A DNA stretch of 64,000 bases from Octopus vulgaris. Its lineage: Eukaryota. Below are positions 26,960 to 41,315 of the stretch, one piece after another (position 1 is the stretch's first letter; the number at the start of each line of letters is the position of its first letter). The stretch is from assembly GCA_951406725.2 (NCBI GenBank), contig OX597821.1:8122001-8186000 (forward strand), written 5' to 3'. The notes under the pieces are model-generated. The model was not told the DNA's origin. It searched no databases and worked only from the letters and a program-made list of their open reading frames with translations. The position numbers were made by a program, and so were the translations under genes.

Positions 26960-27400
26960 CATCATTAGCTGCCCGTAAATAGTTGACAACGACTGTCCAT
27001 GACATGTTGCGAGTCGTAGTATCAGACGAGATTCGATCTCCTGCACTCTGTTTCTATCTTCAGCTGCTGTGGCTGGTAGATCTTCAGCTGCAGGTGTCAC
27101 TCTCCAATATCCACGTGTCATGTTTAGTCACATCCTTGTACTTATGTCATGACGTACCTTAATGTATCGTACTACTAATCAACTGAGTCGAGTGTTTATT
27201 TTGGCAACTGTTTGCTTATATTCTTTGGATAATCACCAAACAGCAGAGCTTACGTTGCACCGATAATATCGCAGCAGAGTTACGTTTAGGGAGCATTGTG
27301 TACTCTAGGATGATGTTTCCAACTTTGTCTTTCCGTGTGATGATCATATACTGCGTCAGGTGCATTGGCAAAGCTAGTATGTATGCCGTCCGGGGTAGCC
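26960..27400 (-). mobile_element. Highly degenerate LINE RT C-terminus/3' end (RTE-like)
   Basis: SWKHH.. and LE.DT..EDL..AAEDR-like motifs ending in (GAT)n/(CAG)n; many stops. Confidence 0.45.
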
Positions 27401-27561
27401 CTTGACTTTGTCACACTCTCCAGGACCCAAAGCCTATACAAGCCATCACAAGCAGCCCCACCTTAGCTGCTGGTCAGGTGTCTCCTCATGCAGTTTGCAG
27501 TCTAACACCCGTGCCTCTGATTCATGCCATTGTTTGGCACAGCTTGTGTTTCGTTTGGACC

Positions 27562-27972
27562 TTTACTCTTTTACTCTTTTACTTGTTTCAGTCATTTGAC
27601 TGCGGCCATGCTGGAGCACCACCTTTAATCGAGCAAATCGACCCGGGACTTATTCTTTGTAAGCCCAGTACTTATTCTATCGGTCTCTTTTTGCAGAACC
27701 GCTAAGTGACGGGGACGTAAACACACCAGCATCGGTTGTCAAGCGATGTTGGGGGGACAAACACAGACACACAAACATATACACACACATACATATATAT
27801 ATATACATATATACGACAGGCTTCTTTCAGTTTCCGTTTACCAAATCCACTCACAAGGCTTTGGTCGGCCCGAGGCTATTGTAGATGACACTTGCCCAAG
27901 GTGCCACGCAGTGGACTGAATCCAGAACCATGTGATTGGTAAACAAGCTCCTTACCACACAGCCACTCCTAC
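27562..27972 (-). mobile_element. tRNA-derived SINE family B, full length
   Basis: Minus-strand head aggagTGGCTGTGTGGtaag..GATTCAGTCCac..caccttgggcaagtgtc; (gagtaaaa)n tail; multiple copies in window. Confidence 0.88.
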
Positions 27973-27999
27973 CCCTATATATACTTTTTCCACATTTGT

Positions 28000-28300
28000 T
28001 TTCTCTACTTTCAAATGCCGAGCTGGCCTTGCTCATTCTGTGCTCTAATCCGTCAGATACCATTATCGTTAACAAATGCACTTCCCAGATACGTAAGAAG
28101 GCTTGCCTCTATCAACTTTTGTGGTCGATAATAAAGAGTTCAGGTTCTGTCATTTGGCCTGAGGAACAATATGGCTTATAAAGAACTTGAGTCTACCGAA
28201 TGTAAATTTTCAAGCAAAGACTTGAAAAATGTTCAAGCAAAGTATCCCTTGTCCTCCGCAACACATGAATGTAGTCATCAGTATATTTCTATCAAAAATT
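28000..28300 (-). mobile_element. RTE-type LINE RT fragment
   Basis: TYLGS...DGLEHRMSKASSAF, matching the YLG...EI..RI.KAS.AF thumb region. Confidence 0.55.
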
Positions 28301-29011
28301 GTCTTCTTTTCTTCCTCGACACATTTGCATTTTAGCTCTTTCCTGTATTTATATTCTTTCAGTGGAGTCGTGGAATGCATCCTCGATTCTATCAAATAAG
28401 GAGAGAATAATGTTGGCTCTCACCTTATATACCACACACACACGCACACACATGTACACACACATGTACACACACACATGTATCTTTTTTCCTACGCTTG
28501 TTTCAGTCATTAGACTGCAGCCATGATGAGGCACTTGTCTTGAAGAACTTTATTCAAATAAATCAACCCAACACTTGTGTTTTTTAAAGCCTGGTATTTA
28601 TTCTATTGGTCTCTTTTGCCGAACTGCTAAGTTACGGGGTCTTAAACACACCAACGTACACCAAAACCGGTTGTCAAGCGGTGGTGGGGGACAAACATTG
28701 GCACAAAGATAGACACATACTCACACACATTCACACACACATAGATAGATCATTTATACATACGTACATATTATATGATAGAAATATTAAAATTACTAAG
28801 TCTCTCTAAAGGAGATTACGACAGCGTTACTGGATATTAATAGTTATCGCCAAACTAATATGGCAGTCCATAAATATAAGACTAAAGCTGTCGCTGATTA
28901 GCTCCAAGAGGCCATCGCCTCTAGCTAGCTATATGACACACGAACCTGCGTCCATTACAACCTTCGAACAGGGGAGGTCAGCCGCTTCACCTGGCTGGTC
29001 AGACATCTGCT

Positions 29012-29073
<62 letters not shown>

Positions 29074-29421
29074 CGTGCGTGCGTGTGTGTGTAAATATTA
29101 ATATATAGAAAACAGGTATGGTATCCAATGCTTCATAGAACATAGACGCGTTTCAGTAAAATTGTGTAATAATTACAAAGCATTTGTAGAAATTTTACCT
29201 TATCAGATTTCTGCAATGAATACAATGATGAATGTTGAAAGTTCTAAAATATATACACACATCTCCCTTTATGCAAATTCTAATGCTACACAATATAGCA
29301 GGGGACAGAAAAACCTGCCATGGATGCACGAAGCCAAGCCTCTTTCAAAATTGAGTAGGTGCGACCGAAAAAAATAAATAACGACAATAAGAATATAGCA
29401 GAGTTGTGTGTGTATATATAT

Positions 29422-29455
<34 letters not shown>

Positions 29456-29582
29456 CTCATTATCTTTTTTTAATAATTTTGATATATATTTAAAATAATA
29501 TAAATTAATTAATCTTATGTATTGGCTTAAGTTTTTCATTGTATGATTTGCCTAATAGTGGTTTTATCTCTAATTTAATATA

Positions 29583-29664
<82 letters not shown>

Positions 29665-29761
29665 AAGGGCAAGCCACTATGTGGTCGGCCGTATGCTATA
29701 TATATATATATGTATATGTATGTGTGTGTGTGCGCGTGTGTGTGAGTGTGTGTGTGCGCGC

Positions 29762-29792
<31 letters not shown>

Positions 29793-30023
29793 TTTGTGTG
29801 TATGTATTTATGCGTGTGTGCGTGTATGTATGTTTGTGTGTGTCTATATACACAAATGCATACACCCATTTAGTTCAGTTCTAAGGTTCATCTCATTTAT
29901 ACTCTGGGATGCATCATCAGTAGTGTTTCTGGGATCATAGGTGTTTCGAGTCTTTCAACATCAGACCCCCTCATCCAATTGAGCCAGCCGGGGTTGATCA
30001 AATCCCAGATTGCACACCAGTAG

Positions 30024-30337
<314 letters not shown>

Positions 30338-30338
30338 G

Positions 30339-30421
<83 letters not shown>

Positions 30422-30454
30422 GTCTATCTGTCTGTCTGTCTGTCTATCTATCTA

Positions 30455-31736
30455 TCAGGTTGAGTAAAAAGTAAGCAACGTTTTGAACCATGAAGAATTT
30501 GTACCGGATGTATGCAGAGTCTTTAAAAGAAATTTAGGATTTTTTTTTTGCGATTGTCTGATAACAGAGACATAGAATTGCCCAAATGCATCAGTAAATT
30601 AACATTGATTTTTTTTACTGTTGTTACAATCATCGGAAATGGAACTGTCAAAGCGCAATATTCGAATAATTTTGCTATTCAACTTCAAAAAAGAACGTAA
30701 AGCAGCTGAAACTGCTCGCGATATCAACGAAACGTTTGGTGGAGAAGTGACCAGTGAGTGGTCAGCTTGAAAATGGTTTAAGCGATTTCGTAGTGGAGAC
30801 TTTACCTTGAAGATCGTGAGCCTCGTGGACGCTCTTTTGTCATCGATGACGGTCAATTAAAGACCGTCATTGAGAAAGTTCTACGTAAAACCATTCGAGA
30901 ACTGACAAAAGAACTTCAAGTTAGCCAGAAAACTGCCTGCAACCATTTGCATGCGATCGGAAAATCAAAAAAGCTCGAGAAATGGGTACCACACGATTTT
31001 TAAGGAAAATCAGAACATGCGCAGATATGAAATTTGATCGTCGCTTCTCCGTAACCAGACCAAACCAGTTCTCGACCGTATTGTAACTTGCGATGAAAAG
31101 TGGATTCTGTACAATAATAATAAAAAAAAACGTTCTTCGCAATGGCTGGACCAAAACGAAGCACCGAAAACGTTCCCTAAATCCGAGCTATTCAAAAAGA
31201 AGGTTATGGTGACTCTTTGGAAGTGCACTGCTGGACTCATCCACTATAACTTCTTAATATCCGGAAAAACTATTACTGCAGAAAAATATTGCCATGAAAT
31301 TGCCAAATGAACGAAAAACTGCTACTCCTCCGTTCCAGACTGGTCAACAGAAGAGGGCCAATCATTCGTCATGACAATGCTCGACCACACGTTTCACAAA
31401 TGTCTATCCAGAGGTTGAGGGAATTTGGCTACAAAGTACTTCCCCATTCAGCTTATTCACCAGATCTTTCTCCTAACGACTATCACTTTTTCAAGCACCT
31501 TGATGTTTTCCTGCGAGAGGAGGAGTGCAAAAATCAAACCGATGCCGAAAGTGCGTTTAAAGAGTTCATCAGCTCCAGAACTCCAGATTTTTATGTTATC
31601 GAAATAAACTAACGCGTAACTCGTTGGCAAAAATGTGTTGATTGTAATGGTATTTACTTTGATGAATAAAATTTTCGCATTGTTGAAATATATTGTGATG
31701 AATTTCATGTTTGAAAATGTTGCTTACATAGCCTGA
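30455..31736 (+). mobile_element. Mariner DNA transposon, near full length, inserted in (TATC)n
   Basis: TA-tcaggttgagtaaaaagtaagcaacgtttt ... aaaatgttgcttac(ata)gcctga-TA; right TIR partly deleted. Confidence 0.92.
30639..31669 (+). pseudogene. Mariner (D,D34D-type) transposase pseudogene
   Basis: MELSKRNIR..KWFKRFRSGDF..KWVPHD..LDRIVTCDEKWILYNN..HDNARPH..YSPDLSPNDYHFF; stops and frameshifts. Confidence 0.93.
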
Positions 31737-31938
31737 TATCTATCTATATAAGCGCGATGGTTGGCGGGCAATTTGGACTGGCGCGATGGTTGGCGGGCAA
31801 TTTGGACTGGCCTTGTACATACGTGCATATATATATATATATATATATATGTAAGTAAATGAAAGAATGGAGTCGAACGAATTTGCTACCCAGGTTTCGG
31901 TTAAACGAATTTTCTATGCCGATAAACATAGGATAATT

Positions 31939-32012
<74 letters not shown>

Positions 32013-32414
32013 TATATATATATGTATGTATGGACGTTCTTATATATATGTATGTATGGACGTTCTTATATGTAAGTATAACGTATGTTCTGTATATATA
32101 TATTTGTATTTATGTGCCCATCTGGTATATTCAACTGATGAAAGCAGAGCTTATTTGAAGCAAAGCTAGAAATCCAGGATCTTGAATTATCCAGTAAAAC
32201 CTTTTTTTTGCTAGTTTATTTTGTCTCTCTGTCTTATCTCATGGCGCGATATGAACATTTAAGGTGGTTTTTAGAGTCAGGGTTTTGACTGCTATTTCGG
32301 CATGGTGGTGTCTCTCAGATACCCTTATCTATAGTTGTAAACAATTATTACCCTTGTATGGTATTTATTCCTATGCTGGCCACTAGATAATATCGATATA
32401 TATATATATATATG

Positions 32415-32475
<61 letters not shown>

Positions 32476-32800
32476 AAGAAGAAGAAACGAAACGAAACGA
32501 ATCGAATCGAATCGACGCGAGGGCGCTCAGTCATACAATAGTTTAATAAATAAAATATATGCATACATACAAACATATATGTACGTACCTACATCTACAT
32601 GTATATATACATGCATATATAAATATATATACGTGTGTACAGGACACCACAAATATACGTAGTACTCAACGAGAAACGAAAAAGTAAAAACAGCATGGAA
32701 CGGACCAGTTTTTTAACAACGAAAAAACAGAGTACAAGACAACTACACAAGGAAAAATCCCCTTCATCAGCTGTCCCTAGTTCAACTCCAGCGTGTTTCG

Positions 32801-32863
<63 letters not shown>

Positions 32864-32953
32864 TCATACAGATATACAAATACATATATATGTCTGTGCG
32901 TTAACACACAGACACATACACGAAGACATACGTACAAACAATTAAAGAGAATA

Positions 32954-33334
32954 TCTCTCTCTATATAAACGGCAGTTTGTCTGTGCGTTTTCTGTGTGTC
33001 TGTTTGCTTGTACCCTCACCCTGACCACGGCTTTCAACCGATTTTGATGAAACTTGACACACACATAGCCCAATGTCATAATTCAAAACTAACGCAGCGA
33101 AAATTTTGAAAAGTTCCCCCAGTTCTGAAAAAAATCGATAAATTCGATCAGAATTCGAGAATCAGAAACACAAACCGCAAACTGTCTAGGGGACGCAACT
33201 CCACCTTTTTTAACTAAAAAAAAGTTTACCATCATTTTTTCCCATTTTTTTGCTACTTTTTGGCTATAACTCTCTAAAAATGCTTTATAGTTATTTCCCT
33301 TACAAACCTGAGCAACGCCGGGCGATACTGCTAG
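32954..33334 (+). mobile_element. Non-autonomous Helitron
   Basis: 5' a-TC(tc)tatataaacggcag; 3' cctgagcaacgccgggcgatactgCTAG-t (hairpin + CTAG); inverted copy at 57183-57535. Confidence 0.8.
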
Positions 33335-34011
33335 TTTACTATAATGCTTTTTGTTTTATTTCCATAATGCGTTTATATTCATTTATTCATTTATTGATGT
33401 TTACTTCTGTTGTTACCGTTGTTGATTATGATTTTCTTCTTTAATCGTAGTCTTAACCCAACATTTTGTTGTCTACTTCCGGTTGAAAAATGTGAATTTG
33501 GTTGCATGAACGTAGTCATAAGAAAGATACTGAAATGAGTGCTAAGATACATAATGCGGTCATTGCAAGTTTGATTAATCATGATAACAGCTGTATAAAG
33601 GGGAGGTAAGTATAGTTGAACAACGGTTATATTAATCAAGCAAGGGGGATATGTCAGATTAAAAAACAAATCTTTGAAATGAGATGATACATCAGAATAA
33701 TACCCTAACGTATCATCTCATTTCAAAGATTTTTTTCAAATCTTTTTTCTCATTTCAAAAATTGGCAAAGTTCTGTGGGAGAAAAAAAAAATTCTGACTT
33801 TTGATAGAAAGAGTGACAACCCCGGACGGATTCCGCGCTTATTAGGCTTCCTCAGAGAACTGTAGTAGCATACTGTGAAATTATGAATAGAAAGAATATT
33901 TTGTTGAGAGAAATATCATTACTATCAATGCTTTAAGAAGTTAAATGATTTAAGAAGTTCTATGATTTATGAGGTATTCAGGTATTCCCCGATACTTCAC
34001 TGAATGGATGA

Positions 34012-34085
<74 letters not shown>

Positions 34086-34156
34086 ATATACATATATGTG
34101 CGTGTGTATGTGTATGTATGTGAGTCTATCTATCTATCTATCTATCTATATACAGG

Positions 34157-34597
<441 letters not shown>

Positions 34598-34865
34598 TAT
34601 ATATATATACAGATATTTATATACACAGATACGAAAGGCACAAACATGTCCGCACAAATTCACGCTACTATTTAATCAATTGTTCTATACTTTTTTTCTA
34701 CTTTTATTTAACCTTTTCGGCTCCGTACATTCTGGAGCACTGTCATCGTCATCATCATTTATGTGAGTGTTTAGGGAGTGTTGCGCGCGCGTGTGTATAC
34801 GAATGTACATGCCTAACCAAATATATCAAGTATATATATACATACATACATACATACATATATAC

Positions 34866-34912
<47 letters not shown>

Positions 34913-34940
34913 CATACATACATACATACATGCATATATA

Positions 34941-34979
<39 letters not shown>

Positions 34980-36020
34980 TTGCAAGCTTACGTATATATA
35001 CATACGTGCATGCGTATATATATTATGGTTTACATGTATGCTTGTATACATATGTATATAGATGCACGCATACAGCCATAAAACATATGTATATGTATAC
35101 ATCCATGCAGAAACGTGCCTGTATACATGGAAACATACGTATATGAAAACACACATATATGCACGATTATACATGCATAGATGCATACATACTTGCACGT
35201 ACAGAGGCACACACACACACACATATACATACACACATACATTCGCTCACGCGCAGACACACCACACACACATATACATACACATACACGCATACATGTA
35301 TGTACATACATACATGTGCATACATACTCACGCACATACATATGTACATGCACACATACACACATGCATACACGTATGTACACACATGCATACATACACA
35401 TATGTACATACATGCATTCATTCAAACATATACACATACATACACACATACAAACATACATACATACTTGTATGATGTCTTAATCAAATCGTCTTCGGCC
35501 GAAAGATTCCCCGTTATTCCGTTGTTATTTCCTAGATCCTATCAATTATGCTCTTGTCCAATGAAAACTGCTTGTTCGATAATTGCTATATCGATCTATG
35601 TAGAGCATTTCCGGTGTCCAGCTTAGTACTGTCAAAGTTGCCCCTACCAAAAATAATAAAATAAACAAATAAATAGTAACTGAGAATGAAAAAAAAAAAA
35701 AAAAAGAAAAAGTAGTATGGAAAAGGAAAATAGTCGGCCAAAATAACCATTTTATCCAAACTGGCATCGTGTTAAGAAGGTGATTAAATCGTTGTTATGC
35801 TGTTTTCTTTTTGGTTTTAAAACATAGTACAGATCTTTGGAGTCTGCCAGATTCTCACAGCTTAGAGGTTTTGGATTGGATTGTCACGAACGCACGTGAC
35901 TGTAGCAATTCGAGACAGTATGAAGGGGGGTCTACATGGTGATTCGACCTGTTATAAATAAGAGCCATATATTCCATTTTCTCTCTTAAACCACATGCTT
36001 CATTATCATATTGGTCTCTA

Positions 36021-36225
36021 AGGTGGTGAGCTGACAGAATTGTTACCGCACCGGTCAAAATGCTTAGCAGCATTACTTTCAGACTTTGCGTTCTGAGTTC
36101 AAATGCTGCCAGGATCAACTTTGCCTTTCATGCAATCGGGGTCGATAAGATAAGTACCAGTTGACCATTGGAGACGATGCAATTGACTTCACCGTCGTCT
36201 CAAATTTGCTGGCCTTGTGGAAATT
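36021..36225 (+). mobile_element. SINE family A, older copy
   Basis: ggtggtgagctgacagaattgtta..gagttcaaat..tttgcctttcatgcaatcggggtcgataagataagtaccag. Confidence 0.75.
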
Positions 36226-36434
36226 AAGAAAAGATTATCTTTGTGGTCTTGGAAGGTTCCAGTATTTTGTCTGCCAGATGGTGTTAGCTACCTTATTCCT
36301 CAACTCTTTTCCATTTTTGGAGAATGATGTAGGAGAATTTTGCGAGAGAGGGAGAGAGAGAGAGAGAGAGAGGGAGCGAATCAAAGGGAGAGAGAGAGAG
36401 AAGTGGAAGGAGCGAAACAAGGGGGGAGAGAGAA

Positions 36435-36491
<57 letters not shown>

Positions 36492-36544
36492 TGAGGGAGA
36501 AAGATGAAAGGAGAGAGAAGGAGGGAAGGATCGAGAATAATTGA

Positions 36545-37325
36545 ATGTCCATTTATTGTATCCCGGAAGGATAAAAGACAAAGTTAATGGCAGCGGAAAT
36601 TTGACGCAAAACGATTAAGCTGTAAAAGACAATCCATGACTTGGTACTTTATTTATCGAGCCTCAGCAGGATAAAAAGTAAAGTCAACATAAGCGGAATT
36701 TGAACTCAAAACGTTCAGAGCCAGAAAAACTGGGACTTATCTATCGATCATCAATCCCTTGCCAGGTTGAAAAATCTAAGTTTACCGCAGCGGGTTTTGG
36801 ACTCAGGGCGCAGAGGACTGGGAAAACTGGTTATTTATAGACTTGCGGAACTGTGAAGGGAGACGTAGACCTCAATAGGATTTCAATTTAGAATTGAAAG
36901 AGCAAAAGAGCCAAGAAAAAAAAAAGCATTGTATTTATTGATCCTCCACTACTGGAAGATAAAATTAATAGTGGCAGGAAAATAAAATTAACAGTCCAAA
37001 GATCGGGGAAAAATGATACTTTTTATATCGTCCATGCATCCTTGAAAGAACGAAGGGCAAAATTAACCAGTGGTGGGATTCAAATCCAGGGTACAGAGAA
37101 CTGGGATATCTGGCACTTTATTTATTGTCCCTACATCTCTGGAAAGACGAAGGGTAAAGTTAACCCGTGTGGAATTTTAACCCAGAGAACAGAAAGCCGG
37201 ACAAGCAGAATGGCGTAAGGCAAAGTTAATCAGGGCGAGATTTGAACTTAGAGCGCAAAGAATCGAAACACTACCTCGATGCTTCTCTCTGATACTTCAA
37301 CGATTCTGCCAGTTTGCCGCCTTAA
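36545..37325 (-). repeat. Tandem array of diverged SINE-A segments (B box + Meta-like domain)
   Basis: About 7-8 units of ~90-120 bp each with tttat(c/t)g..gga.gaa.ggcaaagt..gg.atttgaactcag; only the last ends in the SINE head (tctgccagtttgccgcctt). Confidence 0.65.
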
Positions 37326-37464
37326 AAATACACAATAGGGCATGTTCTTGCTGTCGTTGTTTATTCCTAGGTCAGCCCCATGCCGAGCAGAGGGATCTTC
37401 TAAATCGCTCCAACACTGGTTGCCTCAACTTTGGGTGTATTCAGGTCTACATTGTCCGATGAAT

Positions 37465-37862
37465 CCTTACTCTTTTACTGGTTTCATTCAGTTGACTGCG
37501 GCCATGCTGGAACACCGCCTTTCGTCGAGCAAATCGACCCTAGGACTTATTCTTTGTAAGCTTAGTACTTATTCTATCGATCACTTTTGCCGAACCGCTA
37601 AGTTACGGAGACGTAAACACACCAGCATCGGTTGTCAAGTGATGTTGGGGGGACGAACACAAACACACAAACATATACACACACATACATGTATATATAC
37701 ATACATACGACGGGCGTCTTTCAGCTTCCGTCTACCAAATCCACTCACAAGTCTTTGGTCGGCCCGAGGCTATAGTAGAAGACACTTGCCCAAGGTGCCA
37801 CGCAGTGGGAATGACCCCGGAACAATGTGGTTAGTAAGCAAGCTACTTACCATACAAGCATT
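37465..37862 (-). mobile_element. SINE family B, full length
   Basis: Matches 27562-27972. Confidence 0.88.
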
Positions 37863-38404
37863 CTCGCTCCATTTAAAAAAAAATTTTTAGACGGTAGGGT
37901 GTTATTTGAAAAAGATTTGACTACAATTTCCAGCAAGTTGATCGAGGAATATTGATGCTCTGCTAGCATGTGGTCGTCTACTTGCTAGAAATATCAATTA
38001 AATAACTCTCAGGCCACAGCATACCGATTTAGGGAGAAAAAGAAGGGCATACTTGATAATGTAGTCTTAGATAAACAATTTCTGGAAAGAAGATTGAAAT
38101 TCTTTTGATCATGGGATCTATTTGACCTTGCGCTAAACGAAAACAACATCATTATCAACAACGATAGTTACAAGAACAAGAACAATAGTAATAATCCTAT
38201 ACGTAGTCGTTCACGAAGTAGCAGCCAAATTGCATTCCCCGCCATTTTAATGTGCGCATACAATACTTGGCATTCCTACCAACCATATCCATCCATCCAT
38301 CCATCCATCCGTCTGTTCGTCCGTCCGACCGTCCGTCTGTTTGTTTGTCTGTCTGTCTATCTATCTACTTACCTACCTACATGCATACACACATACATAT
38401 GGGT

Positions 38405-38710
38405 ACCACGTCTGTTACGACGACGACGACTGTCCAAGTTGATTCAATCAACAAAACAGCCTAGTCGTGAGATTATCGTGCAAGTGCCTGAGTACTCCGT
38501 AGACATTTCACAGGGATATTCAGCGTGACATACCGAATGTGACAAGGCTGGCTCATTGAATTACAGGTACAACTCATATTTGCAAGATGAATGGATTGGA
38601 GTAATGTGAAATAAAGTGTCTTGCTCAAGGACACAAAGTGTCGCAGGAAATCGAACCCACGATCGTAAGATTGTGAACCGAATACCCTTACCACCAAGCC
38701 ACGAGTCTTC
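38405..38710 (-). mobile_element. SINE family C, diverged copy
   Basis: gttacgacgacga..cgtgagatta.cgtgcaagtg.ctgag.actcc..ggatattcagcgtgaca shared with 13594-13974. Confidence 0.7.
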
Positions 38711-38926
38711 ACACATACATACGTTGGTACATACTATGTATATGCGTGTGCATGAGCGTACATACGTGCGCACGTGCGTTCTTACATCTCTCTATGTCTC
38801 TACTTATTTCTCTAACCGCGTTCTTACGTACCTACTAACGTACCTGCATAAGTAACTACCTACCTACCTACAAACCAACCTAGCTACATATGTATGTACG
38901 ACGTGCGTAACTACGTATCTATCGAC

Positions 38927-39990
38927 AGATGAAGATGAAGATGAAGATGAAGATGATGAAGAAAAGGAAGAAGAAAAAGATGATGAAGATGAAGATGATG
39001 AAGAAGATGAAGATGAAGATGAAGAAGATGATGAAGATGAAGATGAAGAAAAGGAAGAAGAAAAAGATGATGATGATGAAGAAGATGAAGATGAAGATGA
39101 AGAAGATGAAGATGAAGAAGAAGAAGATGAAGATGAAGCTGAAGAAAAGGAAGAAGAAAAAGATGATGATGATGAAGAAGATGAAGATGAAGATGAAGAA
39201 GATGAAGATGAAGAAGAAGAAGATGAAGATGAAGCTGAAAAGGAAGAAGAAAAAGATGATGATGATGAAGAAGATGAAGATGAAGATGAAGAAGATGAAG
39301 ATGAAGAAGAAGATGAAGATGAAGATGAAGAAAAGGAAGAAGAAAAAGATGATGATGATGAAGAAGATGAAGATGAAGATGAAGATGAAGATGAAGAAGA
39401 TGAAGATGAAGATGAAGATGAAGATGAAGAAAAGGAAGAAGAAAAAGATGATGATGATGAAGAAGATGATGATGAAGATGAAGAAGAAGAAGAAGAAGAA
39501 GAAGAAGATGAAGAAGAAGATGAAGATGAAGAAGATGAAGAAGATGAAGATGAAGAAGATGAAGATGAGGATGATGAAAAAGATGAAGAAGAATAAGAAT
39601 AAGAAGAAGAATAAGAAGATAAAGAAAAGGAAGAAGAAAAAGATGATGATGATGAAGATGATGAAGAAGACGAAGAAGATGAAGATGATGATGAAGAAGA
39701 TGAAGATGAAGAAGATGAAGAAGATGAAGATGAAGATGAAGAAGAAGAAGATGAAGATGAAGAAGAAGATGAAGATGAAGAAGATGAAGAAGATGAAGAT
39801 GATGAAGATGAAGATGATGAAAAAGATGAAGAAGAAGAAAAGGAAGAAGAAAAAGATGATGATGAAGAAGAATAAGAAGAATAAGAAGAATAAGATGAAG
39901 ATGAAGATGAAGATGAAGAAGAAGATGAAGAAGATGAAGGTGAAGAAGAAGAGGAAGAAGAAGATGAGGATGAAGATGAAGACGAACAAT
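38927..39990. repeat. Compound (GAT/GAA)n array with higher-order unit
   Basis: Recurrent anchor gaaaaggaagaagaaaaagatgatg separated by GAT/GAA runs. Confidence 0.95.
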
Positions 39991-40279
39991 AAGAAAAGTA
40001 TGAAACGGGATAGACGTAACTTTTAGATGTCAACTCTTTTCAAATATTTGCTTTTGTCAGTTGATTAGGATTGCTTCAAATATTAGCTCATTGTTAATCA
40101 AAAGATTCATTAATTTTTGTAGAAGATAATATTTTATGAATCAATAACCGAATTGTGAATTTTGATTTCAAGAATAGGCACAAGGTTTCAAATGTGAAAG
40201 ATGTATACATACATACATACATACATACATACATACATACATACATACATACATACATACATACACATATATACATATA

Positions 40280-40645
40280 TGAGCATGTCTAGATATGCAA
40301 CTATATGCATGAGAATACATACATAAAACATACATACATACATTCAAAAATACCCTGTTGTTGATGTTTAAATTCCAATGTAGGAGACTTGGATCTAGGT
40401 TAGAAACAAGTTCTTTCTCTATTGGCAAGACATCTTGAAATAAACTGAATAATGACATACATATATGCATACATACATACATACATACATACATACATAC
40501 ATACATACATACATACATACATACATACAAAAATCACTGTTGTTGATGTTGAAATTCCGATGAAGGAGCCTTGGATCTAGGTTAGAAACCGGTTCTTTCT
40601 CTATTGGCAAGAAATCTTGAAATAAACTGAATAATGACATAGATA
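40280..40645 (-). repeat. Two tandem copies of the (TATG)n-associated repeat
   Basis: ctgttgttgatgtt.aaattcc.atg.agga..cttggatctaggttagaaac..gttctttctctattggcaaga.atcttgaaataaactgaataatgacata twice. Confidence 0.85.
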
Positions 40646-40858
40646 GATAGATAGATAGAAAAACATAGATACATACATACATACATACATACATACATGG
40701 TGGCTGCCCCCTCGTTAACACACACACACACACACACAACTGCATTGTTACTTTCCTTCAGGTACACGCCGATGTTTCAAAATCTTCGAGATTCTTCAAC
40801 TGGTGTTGTGACGTGTGTATGCATGCGTGCAACTGTAAATGTACGAGCGCTTGCGTAC

Positions 40859-40892
<34 letters not shown>

Positions 40893-41315
40893 ATGTGTTT
40901 GTGTGTTTTGTGTGTGTGTGTTTACCGGTGTAAAGCAGTAAATCGAGTTGTGTTTCTTTACGCCAAAGGATAAAACTTTAGTTATTCAATAGATAGACAG
41001 ATATCGATAAAATAAAGGAAAGTATAACAGTATAATATTTGTGGAGGAGATATGATCGTCTTACATCCTTGAAGGTGATGTCCCAGCATGGCCGCAATTC
41101 ACTTACCGAAATCAGTAAAAGAATAAAAGAATTGTGAGTGAAAGCACTGATAGAGATCTATTAAGTATTCTACGTTGCCATAGAAGATAATGAAGTTTCT
41201 TCTTCCATATTACCAATCGCCTTTTCTGTCTTTTGAATAAGAAATTATGATTTCTCTAGCTTTGTATAAAACCGATGAAAAAACTGTTTCTGTTGATGTA
41301 GTTACTGCTGTGATT

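Noticed and set aside
31752-31812. Two tandem 29-bp GC-rich repeats (gcgcgatggttggcgggcaatttggactg)
   Set aside because: Only two units with no spacer; not CRISPR-like, just a local duplication.
36545-37325. Regularly spaced repeats suggestive of a CRISPR-like array
   Set aside because: Units are SINE-derived and diverged, the context is eukaryotic, and there are no cas genes.
38864-40033. Ser-rich, Met/Lys-rich and Phe/Ile-rich ORFs of ~360-390 aa
   Set aside because: Triplet repeat open in several frames; the only protein-like (Asp/Glu) frame has stops and there are no splice signals I can support.
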